Positions 32,001-45,100 of a stretch of 64,000 nt of DNA are shown here, piece after piece. A program made the position numbers and the translations under genes. The notes under the pieces were generated by a model that worked only from the letters and a program-made list of their open reading frames with translations, made no database searches and was not told the origin of the DNA. The stretch is from NCBI GenBank assembly GCA_965637545.1, contig OZ281497.1, positions 20,274,001 to 20,338,000 of the forward strand. Direction: 5' to 3'. Source of the DNA: Phallusia mammillata (lineage: Eukaryota). The stretch's first letter is position 1. Every line of letters starts with the position of its first letter.

Positions 32001-35000
32001 ATACAGTTTCCGCAAGAACAGGTGAGACAACAGGATATTTCTCAGGGTTCATTTTTTTCGTTCTGATTTGCTACATAACGATTAGGATTTGACTGTTTAA
32101 AATTTGATGAATGCATGTTTACAGTTATCTCAAAGAACAAAAAGGGGCCTTTTGTTATTTTTTATGGTTTTATATTCAGTTCCACCGCCTCCTGCAAACT
32201 TCGAAGGTTCGTCTGCGCGTGGGACGATTTACCTCACATGGGGAGTTCCCCCTCTTTTATATTGGATCACGAGCGCTCATTACGTCATCGAGTACTATCC
32301 TCAAAATGCGCCGTAAGTTACAATTCCAAAATTGACCAAATATTGCTCTTTCCTGCACTTTTTATATTTTTATTTCTTATTAGCAAGAACAGCAGTACGA
32401 CTTGTCGCAACAAGGGGCAAAATGTCCAACAGGTGTTGCTGCGTGACCTTCGACCTGGAACAGCATACGTCATCTACATTAAAACTGTAGCTGGTCGACT
32501 GTGCAATTCCCAAGCAACCAGCTTCGATGACGTCACGACCAGTTCACCCGCAGGGCCTATCACTGTTTTGACGCGTAAGTTATGAAGTTCGGAAAGCTTT
32601 AGGATACATTTGTTGCTTATAAAGCTTTAAATACCTTCGAGCATGGAGCAAGCTTATTCCTTCTTGTAGTGGGCCAGTTATAAAGCATAAGAGACCATTT
32701 GAATTTATTCTATCATAAACCACGGTGAAGTCTGGTCGGGCTTCTCGATTTAGTTTTGAATAAAACAGGTTTGATTCGGGCGTGACTTGAGACGTTTTTA
32801 TGTCGCAGTTTTACCAATAACAAATTCGGGTTCGGGGTGGGATTTTTGACTTGTAAATTTGAGTTCGGGCCTTAATTTAGGACCCGCTTACTCTGAAATC
32901 CAACTTATTGTTTCTGCACAGAACCAAACTTTCCTAGCGTTCAGTTCTGGAAGCAAATCACTCTCAACAGTGTTCGTGTTGCCTGGAACGAACCAGGTGT
33001 CAACCCAGAAAAGATTGACATGTACGTTATTGACGTTGAAAAATTACAAAGTGGAAACGGGTCAAGCTACTTGTTTGAACAGTCCATTGAGGTTTCCAAA
33101 AGTGAGTGCCTGCATTTAACCTTATTTATGTCCCGAATTGCTCATTTTTATTGTTGTTTGTTTTGTTTTAAATCACAGATCAAACTTACTACGATATGAA
33201 ACTCGCTCAGGGTTTAACCTATCGAATCAACGTCACAACTGCCGTGACATCAGGGGAGCAGAGGCGACGAAGCATGGTTGTTCCGAGAATTAACTCAATT
33301 GAAATTAAAACATGTATGTAAAGGGTCTTTTGGTCAGTTCGTACAGTCAAATGTTTTTTATGTGTGTACCCTGTGCCTATAGTACTTGCTGTGTAATTTC
33401 ATGACATGACATCGGGTTTTTATTTAGTTTATTGTTGGTTACGTTCGGAAATAAGAAGTCGAAATGACATGAGCTTGTAACATTTTATGCCTCTTTTGAC
33501 TTGTTCGATATTGTATGATTGTTTTCGGACAGCTTATGAAGAAACACTTATGTTTCTAATGTAGCGTTTGGGGTGAAACATTTGTTTTAGTAAATGTTCG
33601 TTCTCAACCGAGATTGTTTTTTTTTACAGGGCACCCGTACAACGATCACTTTCTCTATCCTACACTACGTTGGAGGTTTACAACTTGCAAAAGGTCAGGG
33701 CGATTCGGTCCACTTCAGTCCTTATGTGACCTCGAGTATAAAGGCAGTAGCTTGGAGGATTTTGTAATCGTAGAGAATGGAATTCAGCGTTGGAAAGCTC
33801 CTGTTCAAGGTAGGATGACATATTTGTGAAACACCGTTTATGAAATTGAATGTACGGCTGTGAAAATCTGTTTGTGGAATGGAATCGTTGCTAATATATG
33901 GTTGTTGTTAAAAATAGTGATTTGAGTGATTGCCCAAACAAACCATATTCTTTGCTGGAAACATTTTCATTAAATTAGGACGTCTAAACATATATTGCAT
34001 GAATGCGTTTTTAAAAATAAAAATGATCTAACGCAGTTGATTGATAAAACGATCTTTAAAGAAAAAGTAGTAAGAGTGTTTCAAGCGAAAAATGTTTTCT
34101 GTTCTTATCTAAAAAATAAAAAAGTAGAATCTTTATCACAAAAAGGAAAACGTGAGATTTTATTTTTTATGGTAAGTTCTTAAAAACATCAACAACAACA
34201 TTTCCAGGTTTATATCAAGTCACTGCTGCCGGTGCTGGTTACCAGGGTCCCGGCGGATTGGGAGCAACTGTGTCCAGTTTTTTCTTCCTTAAAGAAGGTG
34301 CAGGTCTACAGATAGCCGTTGGTCAAGCAGGTAGAGGTCGAAGTTCAATGTTATATGGTGGTGCTGGGGCAACCTACGTAGTTGCTGATGACGAAGACGG
34401 TCAAAGATTTTTTGATATTGATGGAAGTCAAGTTATGCTTGTGGCAGGTATGTAAAAAAACTGCAGGAATTGGTTGAAGCTGTTTGTAAGCACAGAAAAA
34501 CAACTTTTTTGACCCACTTTATGTTTTTCGGTATTAGTTATATTCGCAAAACAATTGTGGTTATCTGACCATTCTAAGTTATTTTTTACCCAATTTCTGC
34601 ATGCGCGTTTAAATATGGTAAAAAACGTTCTGATTCTTACCCCAAGCTGTCCCGATAACGTTAACATCAACATATTATAACAAACTCATCTTTAACCGCT
34701 AGGTGGCGCTGGAAGTTCGGTTTTCGACGCACCTCCTACAAACCAATCATCGGGTAGAATAAGCTACGATGGCGGAAATGGGTCTTATGTTGGGATCGAA
34801 ACGGGGCGAGGTGGTGTTGGAGATGGGGTGGGAAGTCCTCACGGGGTCGGTGGTGAAGTGGGTACAGGAGGTGGAGCTGGAATAAACGGGTTCGCCACTG
34901 CCCCACCTGTCATACGCCCTGGAGACAGGACATTCTCTGCATGTGGGTTTTATCCGCATTTAGGAAATGGCGAATCTCTTTCTGAAGATGAGCTGAAGGA

Positions 35001-37004
35001 TTATGTTCCATTACAAGGCGGAAGGTAAATAAGCACTCTAGTTAATTTCCCAACGCTGTGCTCACCAATAAGTTTCAAATAAAGATACAGGCGTGTTAGG
35101 TAGGCTACATGACCTCATAATGATTTAGCTGACCTATAACTTAGTAAAGTTCAATATCACACACTAGCTTCTTAGTTTTCCTTTTCTGATAATAAAAAAG
35201 TAACGTTAAGAAACATGTAGTAAAACTATAAAGAGTGTCACACAATTATACTCCAGGAATACATTTTATTTTTTGTGCAAAGTAAATTGAAATACCTTCC
35301 ATAAAATAACAATTAAATAGCAAACTTTTAAATGATTCGTTGTAGCCTGAACACTCGGTAAGTCACCCTGAGCAATTTATATGAATAAAACATTAACCAT
35401 TTAATCCTTCCTACTTATGTCAGGTACGAGCGATCGCTTTTTCTATTCTCCGAGGGCGGTTTCGGTGGAGGAGGTGCGGGTTACATGACTGGGTCAGGGG
35501 GTGGGGGTGGGTATAGCGGTGGGGGCGGGGGACCACAGGGTGGGTACTCGGGAGGTGGAGGTTCCTATATAAAGTTCACCGGAGGTCAACAGATGGCAGA
35601 AGTAACCAATGACGCAGCCGGATTTGTCGTCATCAGCGTCGTAGGTAAGAACGTCACACAAAGTTTAAAAAAATCAAATACGTTTTAAGCTGCAGTGCTG
35701 TTTATAACCATCGAATAACTTTAAGTACGGAGTCTTTATAATTTTTGTCTCATTTTGCAGGTCTATCTGCAACACCACCAGTCCCTCTTACATTTTACCT
35801 AGTTATAGCAGCCGTAGCTGGAATAGCATTCACTATTTTATGCGCGTGTTGCCTATACGGGGTCGCCAAGTAAGTAGTCTGTTATCTTGTAAATAAATCA
35901 TCGAAGTTTTGCACGTACGAAAGTAAGTAAATTATATTGTTTCAGATGTACTGATAGATATATAGACCGACTTGACAAAGAGAAAAAATCAGATGACACA
36001 GCAAAGCCTGTTGCATCTATGAACATTTCAGGGTATGTAGACCTATAGTAAATCAACTATTGCATGCTGTGATTTCTCAATGCCCACTTTTATCTCCGCA
36101 GACCAATTCATTACAGCAACGGTGAAGCAGCTACCACAGAATTTAACGAAGAAAAAACGTCAGGTAATATAAATTCGGCCACCTCAAAACATTTGTTTTT
36201 TAATATAGACTACACTGTCCATACTAGGCCTAATTACTTTCGTGATTTTCTTTAAAAAAATTGTCATTGCATTATTGCATCGTTCTATAGTCGGCGCAAC
36301 GAAGTATTGTGCAGTGCTACCGTGCAGCATAGGCTACATTGAAGCACCATCGCACTCACTTTGACTTTGAGCCGTCAATTGTTACCGATATAGCCAGCTA
36401 CTTCTAACCTCCAGTAATTGCATGCTTATATGTTACAATTTTCCACTATTTCTGTTTAGCGGAACGTCATTCGTATACGGACAGTGACAGTCCTGACCAA
36501 CTTGCATCACAGGACCACAACCTAATGACATCAGCCATTGAGCGATGGAGAGCAAAAGCTGATTTTCCACGACCTCCTGTGCAGGAACAGGCTGGTCTCG
36601 ATTCAGATAGTGAATCAACTGCTTCTAGCGTGTCATCGATGGCGACTGGAGTAAACGACGGGAAATTCGTCGTCGATACCCCGACGGGCAAGCTTAGATA
36701 TCGCGGCCGAAAAATCTCTCGAATGAACTCATCGTTTACCGGATTCGAGAGCACCGACGCCGAAACGTCAACCATGGCTGGCCATGACTACAGCGATGAT
36801 GATGACGAGGAAGGGGGTAGCTTGCCACCACCACCTCCAACCCCACCCCTTACTCCGGGGATTCCAGATGAGCTTGTTAGCGAGGAACAAAAACAAGAAT
36901 TTCGCCAAAAACTGAACATGTTTCACGAAATGGCGCTACGCAGCAGGGGTCATGGGTCAAACGTTGAGAGTCACCCAACTTTTGTGCCAAGTACAAATTT
37001 GTAA
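29082..37004 (+). CDS. Type I membrane protein: signal peptide, Thr-rich stalk, 6x FN3, ALK/LTK-like TNF-like/glycine-rich module, TM, kinase-less cytoplasmic tail (~1280 aa)
   Basis: Exons 29082-29160, 29393-29497, 29753-29906, 29994-30151, 30215-30352, 30412-30624, 30958-31239, 31640-31830, 31904-32021, 32180-32312, 32384-32574, 32922-33101, 33179-33313, 33630-33809, 34208-34447, 34703-35024, 35424-35644, 35761-35869, 35946-36032, 36102-36163, 36460-37004 sum to 3843 nt in one frame. FN3 hallmarks (LSVAW, YVVRVAA, LRSGALYNFTVTA). WRFTTCKRSGRFGP...GIQRWKAP..GLYQVTAAGAG and EGGFGGGGAG...GGGGGYSGG resemble the ALK/LTK module. TM is FYLVIAAVAGIAFTILCACCLYGV. An upstream in-frame ATG exists at 29031. 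Confidence 0.88.
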
Positions 37005-37934
37005 GATCAGATATATATTCTCGCAAGTTGCTTTGGCATTTTCTTCGATGTGAACTGGTCTTAATGCCGCCAAAATAATTATGTTTTTGTTGGTTGGTAT
37101 TGGTAATGATGTGTCGATTAAAGACAAAATTAGACGTGGTGTGGTGATTTTACACCTATTTTTGTTTACACCAAAGTCACCGATTCATCAACTGCTAAAA
37201 CGAGGAAGTTGTATACGCAATAGCTAAAGGCAGAACACAAGAACTTGGTTTTGTTTACTTTTTGTTCTTAAATATAGATTACTCTGGATAAGACACCTTT
37301 TCTTTTTCTACTCACAAACCTCATTATGTGCGTGACGTATCCGTACTATGAAGTAGTTGATCATATGTAAAGGTCATTGGTGTATGTACAGGTATGACGT
37401 AGTTATGACGTTGGGTCATGAAAGTATACCAGACCCCAAACCTGGTGTCATGTTATAGAGTAAAGTTTTTATTAAGCAATTGATTTTGAATAAATATATA
37501 CAGAACATTGGGTTGTCGTTAAAGGTAGACTAGCTGTTGAATACATATAAATACTGCTTTTAAGTGCTTTTTTTAAAGTTGAAAATGTATTTAATTTTGC
37601 CCATAAAACCCCAAAATAATAGTTCATTTTTGCATTATGCCAAAATAACAGTTGCCCAGTTGGCAGTTAATTTTACGGTAACTTCTTGTCTACCTGCATA
37701 TTACATTAGTGGTTGTTGGTCCTGATTATTACTTTAAATTAAAGAAAATGTTAATATGCATAAGTTAAAAAAAAACTATTTTAGAGTCTTTTTCCCAAAA
37801 CTTAGTGTGGGCTTCTTAAATTGGAAAGCATACTGCTTTAATGCTTTTTCTTATACTATTACTATACTATTACTATATACTATTTAATGTATTTGTCGAA
37901 AGTTTTATTTAGTAAAGGATGGTTTTATTTCATT

Positions 37935-37937
<3 letters not shown>

Positions 37938-37980
<43 letters not shown>
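37938..37980. repeat. (TA)n microsatellite; a second tract at 38629-38654 flanks the other end of the hAT element
   Basis: Direct reading. Confidence 0.95.
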
Positions 37981-37983
<3 letters not shown>

Positions 37984-38630
37984 GGCTGCCAATGAGAATT
38001 TCAACAAAACCCAAGACTCACAGCAAAATAACCCAAGAATTTAAATGAAAACCCAAGAATGCAAAATGTGGTTAGAAATGCAATTAATTAGGAAATTTAC
38101 TTGTTTCATTGACAAATATTTGACAATTTACAGTCCGGAAATGCAACTTTACAAACTTTTGGTAGGAAATGGTCAATGCAAGCAAAGGGAATATTATGTT
38201 CAATAAAATATGCAGCAATCGCCAGTTCACTCTTGGCTGTTTGATGATCATCATCTGTTTTCTTTTTCATAAAATTAGTAATGTCTACAGTATATTTAAA
38301 AGCTTTAAAACTTCTTTGATGGTTCGCAGTTTTTATGTTTAAACATTGATCTATTTGCATTTTTAAGTGTAACGATTGCTTTCACTGTATACTTATCTAG
38401 AAAGAATTAAGGTCTCGAATGGAGAGAAAATAAAAGAGATGATAAAATGGCCCAAACAGTGAAGCTACCCGAAAAACTTTTCTCGTTAAAATAGTTCTTA
38501 CATATATCTATTTCATCAATAAGACTCAAAACCCAAGAATTGCTATAATTTTCAAAATAAAACCCAAGAACCCAAGACGTCAAGTAAAAACCCAAGATCT
38601 TGGGGCAAAACCCAAGCTTTGGCAGCCTTA
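37981..38630 (-). mobile_element. Internally deleted hAT-like DNA transposon with a transposase remnant
   Basis: TIRs CAGGGCTGCCAA / TTGGCAGCCTTA and subterminal AACCCAAGA repeats at both ends. Minus-strand ORF 38106-38360 includes KSELAIAAYFIEHNIPFACIDHFLPKVCKVAFPDCK, the EHNxPF..DH...FPDS-type motif of hAT-related transposases. Related termini at 49059-49150 and 51119-51175. Confidence 0.75.
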
Positions 38631-39125
38631 TATATATATATATATATATATATATTCTTGTGTCAATTTTATCCATTTAAAATTGTTAGTGTAAGTTTGA
38701 CCGTAGTTAATTGACTGCTTGACCCTTTGACACCTAAACTGATAATTTTTCATATAATATCCATATCTCATAGTGTGTGATTACATTTTGCAATAAAAGT
38801 CACTTTATTATTTTGATGCATATGTGCCCTAGGCTTTAATTTGATCAGTGTTGCAAAGGTGCTTTATCACATACATGTTAATCAAAGATGAGATTGTTTA
38901 ACTTTGTTTGTTTACAGCTTCTTAACAAAACGTTTAGTTTGGTTTTATTAATCTAAACAACAATTGGGACAAAAAACAGTTGAAATAGAGCTGTTTTAAC
39001 CAATTTAAATGTTTGAAAATATAATTACAACAAATATTCCAACAACTCCAGATCATCACAAGTATTGAAAACTTTTATTTTGTGTCAAAACAAAAAAGTA
39101 GCATTGCTGCAATTTTGTTCTTAAG

Positions 39126-42100
39126 ATGTTTCAAGATGTAAGTTTGAAAAAGTTTTAAAACATGCTTTTATAATATGTATTGTATACACAGCTTGTAATA
39201 TTAGTAATATTTTATTGCAGGATAAGACACCGATTGCAGCAGATGCTGATGCTGATGCAGATATTATCTATCCAGGTATAAACTGACATAAAATGTACTG
39301 TGGTGATTATAATTGATGATGTCTGAGTACCTTTTTTATATATTTGTGAATACAGTATACCTCGGTTAATCTCCATCATATTTGACAAATAAATTATCCA
39401 CACTGGGCGAAGATCAGTTTTAGCTAAAGTCCTATCCAACCCTTTTGCCTTTTGCAAACCCTTTTTGATAAGCTTATTGTCGACCCCTTGTTTTAACTTT
39501 TGTTTTCTGCCCTGAAGTCAGTTCGTGCACTTTTGACACCTAATCTTCGATGGATTCGAATAATTTTTACAGATGGTGGATATGGTAATGTAGATGTGTA
39601 ATCTTCTTCGTTTGTCTTGATAACCTAATTAGTACTTACCCCGCTAACCTCCAAAGTGTAGAACATTTTCGTATGTTGCTGGGCACCACAAACTTAACGG
39701 TTTCTGTGATGTAATAGTGTTATGAAGGCAACAAAACATAAGTTACTTGTTTTGTACATTGCCTGGTGTACGTTTTTGCACAATGGCAGTTAGAGAATTC
39801 ACAGCCTTATGCTGTAAGAAGCAATGACGGTTGTTGCTCAAAACACCTCCAGTGGTCACGGTTTTAAACATTATCCAAACGGGACAAAATTATACAGGAC
39901 TGTTGCTGATTAGGTCATTATGGTTTCATATTTTATACTGATGAGTTAAAACCTCAACAATTACCCCATTAACCCCCTGAAATGGGTGGATTTATTAAGG
40001 ACAGCATGTAAAATTTGCCATCTATGGGTGTCAACTGTTGTGTTTAACCCTTCAGTCCCAAGATTTACCCCACTAGTCCCCTAAAATGGGTGAATTTTTT
40101 TAATAATGTTAAAATTGAATGGAATTTGGATAGCTTGTAGTAAAGTGATTGTTTAAGCCCAGTACTGATCACTGTGTTTTTCAACACCAAACTTTGTCAT
40201 GGTTATCTCTTGAAATGCAATACTTTTAACTTTGCATGTGTGGAGATCCATGAGTTTTTGTTTGCAGAATCAACTAGAGTTATAAAAGACAGTGGCTAAT
40301 ATGGGACCCAAAATAAAATAAGTGTAGGGAATATATTTACGTTTCCTAAAAGGTTATAGTGTATGTGCAATGGCAAAATGTGCTCATCCACCTTTCTAAT
40401 TTTTTTGTCCCTTTTTCCAACTACGTCACTATTCGCAAGATACCAAACATATAAGCCACTACATTGCTGAAACATGTGTTGGTGTACAAAAGTATAAACC
40501 ACTACATTGCTGAAACATGTGTTGGTGTACAAATTTGCTATTGCAACAAAAAAAATTTGTATCAGAAAAGCTAGAAATATGAACCAAAGATAACCCAAGT
40601 GTACTGTATTTGTCATTGTAAAAGGTGTAATGTACCTGCGTAGTATATAATTGTTTACAAATTTACTGTCTAAAGTTAATGGTTTAATGTAGTCTAGTGC
40701 TTTTGTGTATGTTTTGTCATTTAATGAAAGCAATTAAGTGGTACAAAGGTACTGCACCACTTTCAAGTGACTTTACAAGGTGTTTTTGTCATGCAGATGA
40801 AGTTGTCCAAGTCTTGAAAGATCAACTTTCAATAGTGAAGAAAAAAATGGACGTAAAGTTGTCACATGATGTAAAATGTGGACCAGCAATTGATACAGTT
40901 CCATTTTTTACATCTGGTAGTTCATTGGTGGAGCATGAAATTCAAGAAAAAGGTGTTAAAGAGATAGGCTGGGCAGGATTTGTTAATGGCGTGCTTGAAA
41001 ATGAACTTTCAGCCGTTGTTGGTTCGTTTGGCTCTGGAAAATCTACAATAGCAAAGCAGCTTGTTGTTCAATGCACAGAGAATGAAGATGCATGTCCAAT
41101 TTTCTTCAAATTTTCTAAAATGAATTTTGATGATAACATCTCCTTTAAACAGTTGATTAGTTTTGGCAATCCTGATATTTCACCAACCCAATGTAAAGAA
41201 GCATTTGATTGGTTTGTAAAGAACCAAAAAAAGCTTTTGTTTATTTTGGATGCATGTGATGAGGCATCCTGGTGGGGCCACATGAATGAGGAAGTTCCAC
41301 TTTGTGACTATTACAAGGAAGTACCTATTTGGCATCTTGTTGGAAATTTGTTAAACGGTCATCTTTTTCGATCCTCTCCTAAGGTGTTTACCTCTCGTTA
41401 TTCAAGCTTGTTAGGTTTACACCATTCTTTTCGCCCAACCATTTGCTATCGAGTCAACAACCTCAGCGATTATAACATCCAGCAAATTGTAATATCTCAT
41501 TCTGAACCGAATAAAAATGAGTGTGATATGTGGTCCAACATGCTAAGCTGTGGTGAAGAAATGGTTTTGCTTGGTGGTAACCCTTGGTTTCTTCAGTTTA
41601 TAATACAAAATCTTCAGTCCCCCAAAAATTCCACACTTACTGGTTGGATGTGCAGCATTGTGGAAAAAATGTGCTCTAGTTCACATTCACGCTTAAGTAG
41701 AATGCATGAAAAATTACATGACATACAGAAGCTCGCCTCCCGGGTTCTGGAATCAAATTGCAACTGGTTTGGTTTGGAGGTATTGAATGAAGTTGGTTTA
41801 GACATGGAAGCAGTACAGGATTTAGTTGTTGCTTCTCCTGGTACAAGTCATCAGAATGACAAAATTGTTTCCGAAAATATTAGGCTGCGCTTTTTTGATC
41901 CAGTTATAATGGATTACCTCATTGCTTGCCATGTAATGTCACTAAATGAAGATCAATTTGAAGGATGGCTAACAGACAAAAAGTCAAATCGACAGATTCG
42001 GTTCATTTCAGGATTACTATTTTCTAAACAAAGAAGTTAGTAACTTTGTGTTTGTCTTTAATACGTCCATCAAATATGACCTCCAAAATTTGCATTCAAG

Positions 42101-45100
42101 AATGTAATATTAATCTTCTTTTGCTTTTTTTCCTTGTTAATTGCTTGGTTAGTAACTGTGCATTCTTTTAATTTGAAGGCAGAAATTTGTGTACATAGGC
42201 GAATAAAGTTGTGCTCTGTTGTTTATAGTCCCAAGCTAATGCATTTATTAATATGTAGACCTTTGAAAGGAGAAATGATTTTTCTGAAATATGGCCATTA
42301 TTTTGAAAATAAATAACCTAGCTATTTTGTATTTCAAAGATTGATGCAGTTCAACAAGTTTAAAAGCATTTAATGCTTATTTTTTTCAAAATATCAAGAA
42401 ACAGCATGCATAATTTGTGGGCATTCTATGTCAAAAGTTACTTACTATATTATTTGCAGATGCATCTAACATTGGCAAGCAGAATATCTTTGTTTCATTT
42501 TTAAAGAAGCACAAAAAATATTTGCAAGGTAACTTTTGTTACTATTAGAATATGTTTCATAAATCAAACTGTTCAAAAAAGTATTTAACCAATTTTTATT
42601 TGAAACTTATAGACACTGGTTTCTAAATTGATTAATAGTTTTTGTGTCTTTAGATAATGTACTCCCATTGCTGGAAATTGTTTTTGAGGGTGGTCAACCG
42701 CTTTCTGAAAGGTTTGCCAATGATTTTCCTCTGTCACTAAACTTATCAAAATCAAGTCAGTTGACCTTCCACCAAGTGAAAGCAATTTGTAATTGGCTGC
42801 TCCATACCAATGTCCCCATTCAGCAATTATTACTTGATGATTGTGGTCTTGATGGCAAAAGGTTTGAACTTATTGCACAAGCAGTGGAGCAATTACAAGT
42901 AAAGGTATGAAACTTATTCTGTGTTGCTTACTTAACTTTTTGCTTGGAGTTTGGTAGCTTACCCACTAATTTAGCATACTATGCTTAAAGGTCTTATACT
43001 TGGTGTTTAAGTATTGTCTACATGTTGTTGTTTCATAAATAATATTTTATTGTTTCATAACTTTATGTTATATTCCTTTTTCGGTGCATTTTTTGTACAA
43101 AATGATCATTCTTTGTGTTAAGTTACAATATTTAGTTTTTTGAAGAATTGTTTTCAAAGCAAACCATATTCAAGTGTGATTTTTTTGGTTTGATCATGCT
43201 AGAATGTTGTTTTTAGATTGATACTATGGATATTTCAAACAATTTACTTGAAAGTGAGACAATTCTCAACATGGAATCAGAATTTTTGGAAAACCTTGAA
43301 CGGACTCTTATAATGAGCAATTGCATTATTGCTGAAAAAACTAAAAGGAACTTAAATGATGAAGAAAAAAGTCACATGAAAACAATAAATAATAAAAAAC
43401 AGGTATTTTTGCTTGACCATTAATGATTGCCATCAGTAATACTATTTTTTGTTTAGCCTGTTAAACTGTCATTTGACCCTGAGGACAGTGAAGGTAGCAA
43501 TTCAGGTGTGTGCACCACATGTTACTTTTATGAAAGAAAAGTTTAAGTTTATAACTTTTTGTAGAGTTTGATGGTAGGACATTTCTATCTGTGGAAACAA
43601 ACCTCAAAGAGGAAGAGCCTTTTGACGATGTTGAAAGCACTGAATTGAATGTGGTATGTAGGTTTTAGGTGAAAAATGTTAAATTGGATGGTATCTTGAC
43701 AGTTTCTAACCTGTGGCAATGTGGTGTATTGATTGTTTCGTATTACTCCAGATATATATACATACTCTGCCCGATTTAGCCAAATACATACTCAATTACA
43801 CACCCTGTAACCCCCTGTTTTTGTAAAATTGTAAACAATGTTAACACAATTTGACACTGTTTGTATGTCATTGTAAACACCTATAACTCTGTGTATGAAG
43901 TAACCCATAAGTTTTAGAATGTGGAAATCAATGAAGTGATAAGAACGTTTTTTTTAACCTGGATCCCAATGTAAAATAATTTAATAGTATATATCCTTTT
44001 ACAAAGAGGTTATAGTGCAATTGCAATAAACGTTAAGTAAAGATATTTATTCCTAATGTTTGTGTTTAAATAGGGTTTTATTTTATATTGGTTGTCGATT
44101 TTGTTTTTTAGAACCAAAAACTTCAGGCAAGTGCAGAGTATTTACAAGAGTGCTTTGGAAAAGGTTGGTTTTATTATTATATGTGATGTCTTCTGTATAG
44201 GTGCACCTGTCTTGCAAAACACAAGAAAGTAATAGACAGTACAATTGCTTACTTTTACAGATCCTGTTTCTTTTGGTTCAAAGTACATTAAAGGTGAACT
44301 GATTACTAGTGGAACAGCGGGATCAAAAATTCACAAGTAAAATTTTACATTACTATGACTATTTTTTTTATTTGTTTCATAGCAAAGTGATGCACAGTGG
44401 ACTGCTAAATTTCTAAACTTTCTTGTCCATATACTATTACAAAATATAAACAAGTATTTTTGCACAAATACTTCAAAACATCAACTTCGCAGGTGCAAAG
44501 GAACATGCGATAATGAACTGTATGTTACAAAAGTTCTGGACACTGATTTGTATGATTTAAAAGATGCAAAAACTGAAGTGACCTTTTTGCGCGAATGTCA
44601 AAGTGAAAACATAGTTAGGTACTACAACTTTTGCTCTGGGGTAAGTTTTAGTAAGTATGAGTTATTTTTTAACTAGCCCAACCTTGTTTACAAACAATGC
44701 TTTAAACAAATGCTAAAAACAATACTTTATGTTTATTTTAACACATGATAGATATATAATTGAACAGTCAAGCTATAATTATTTTTTTATAGTTCCAACA
44801 ATGTTTGTGTTTTATCAAGACCACTACCAATTTACAATTGCCTAATTGCTCACCAATTTGTTTATAAACGATGTTTGCTGTTCTTATTTTCAGATATGAT
44901 GCTACCTTTCTAGTTTCTGAAACAATACTTTTTTTGGTCATTTGTGCATATACATCTTGTTGTTTGCATTTTATTTGCTAAATTAACAGTTTCGTATTCC
45001 CTTAAAATCAAATACAGTCAATGCTCAAATAAATTCAGTGCCTTTTGGGGCTTTAAGTACAAATGTGTTCATATACTAAAACAAGATGCAACAAAATCAG

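Noticed and set aside
31300-32890. CCCGA-rich degenerate repeats in receptor introns (similar to ~52070-52400)
   Set aside because: Probably old MITE relics, but termini and TSDs could not be defined, so they are not reported as features.
35946-36163. ISGPIHY in the receptor tail as a CRIB motif
   Set aside because: Only the ISxP half is present; the FxHxxH part is missing.
36291-36364. Possible alternative terminal exon (VGATKYCAVLPCSIGYIEAPSHSL*) for the receptor
   Set aside because: Phase-compatible AG but a weak pyrimidine tract and no independent support.
40296-40733. 145-aa minus-strand ORF with hydrophobic stretches
   Set aside because: Runs through the Helitron-like element and a 43-bp local tandem duplication (40456-40533) inside an intron; no coding signature.
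40697-40796. ORF-track start of the NACHT ORF (MLLCMFCHLM...)
   Set aside because: Non-ATG start in intron-like sequence; a good acceptor at 40796 is phase-matched to exon 39221-39275.
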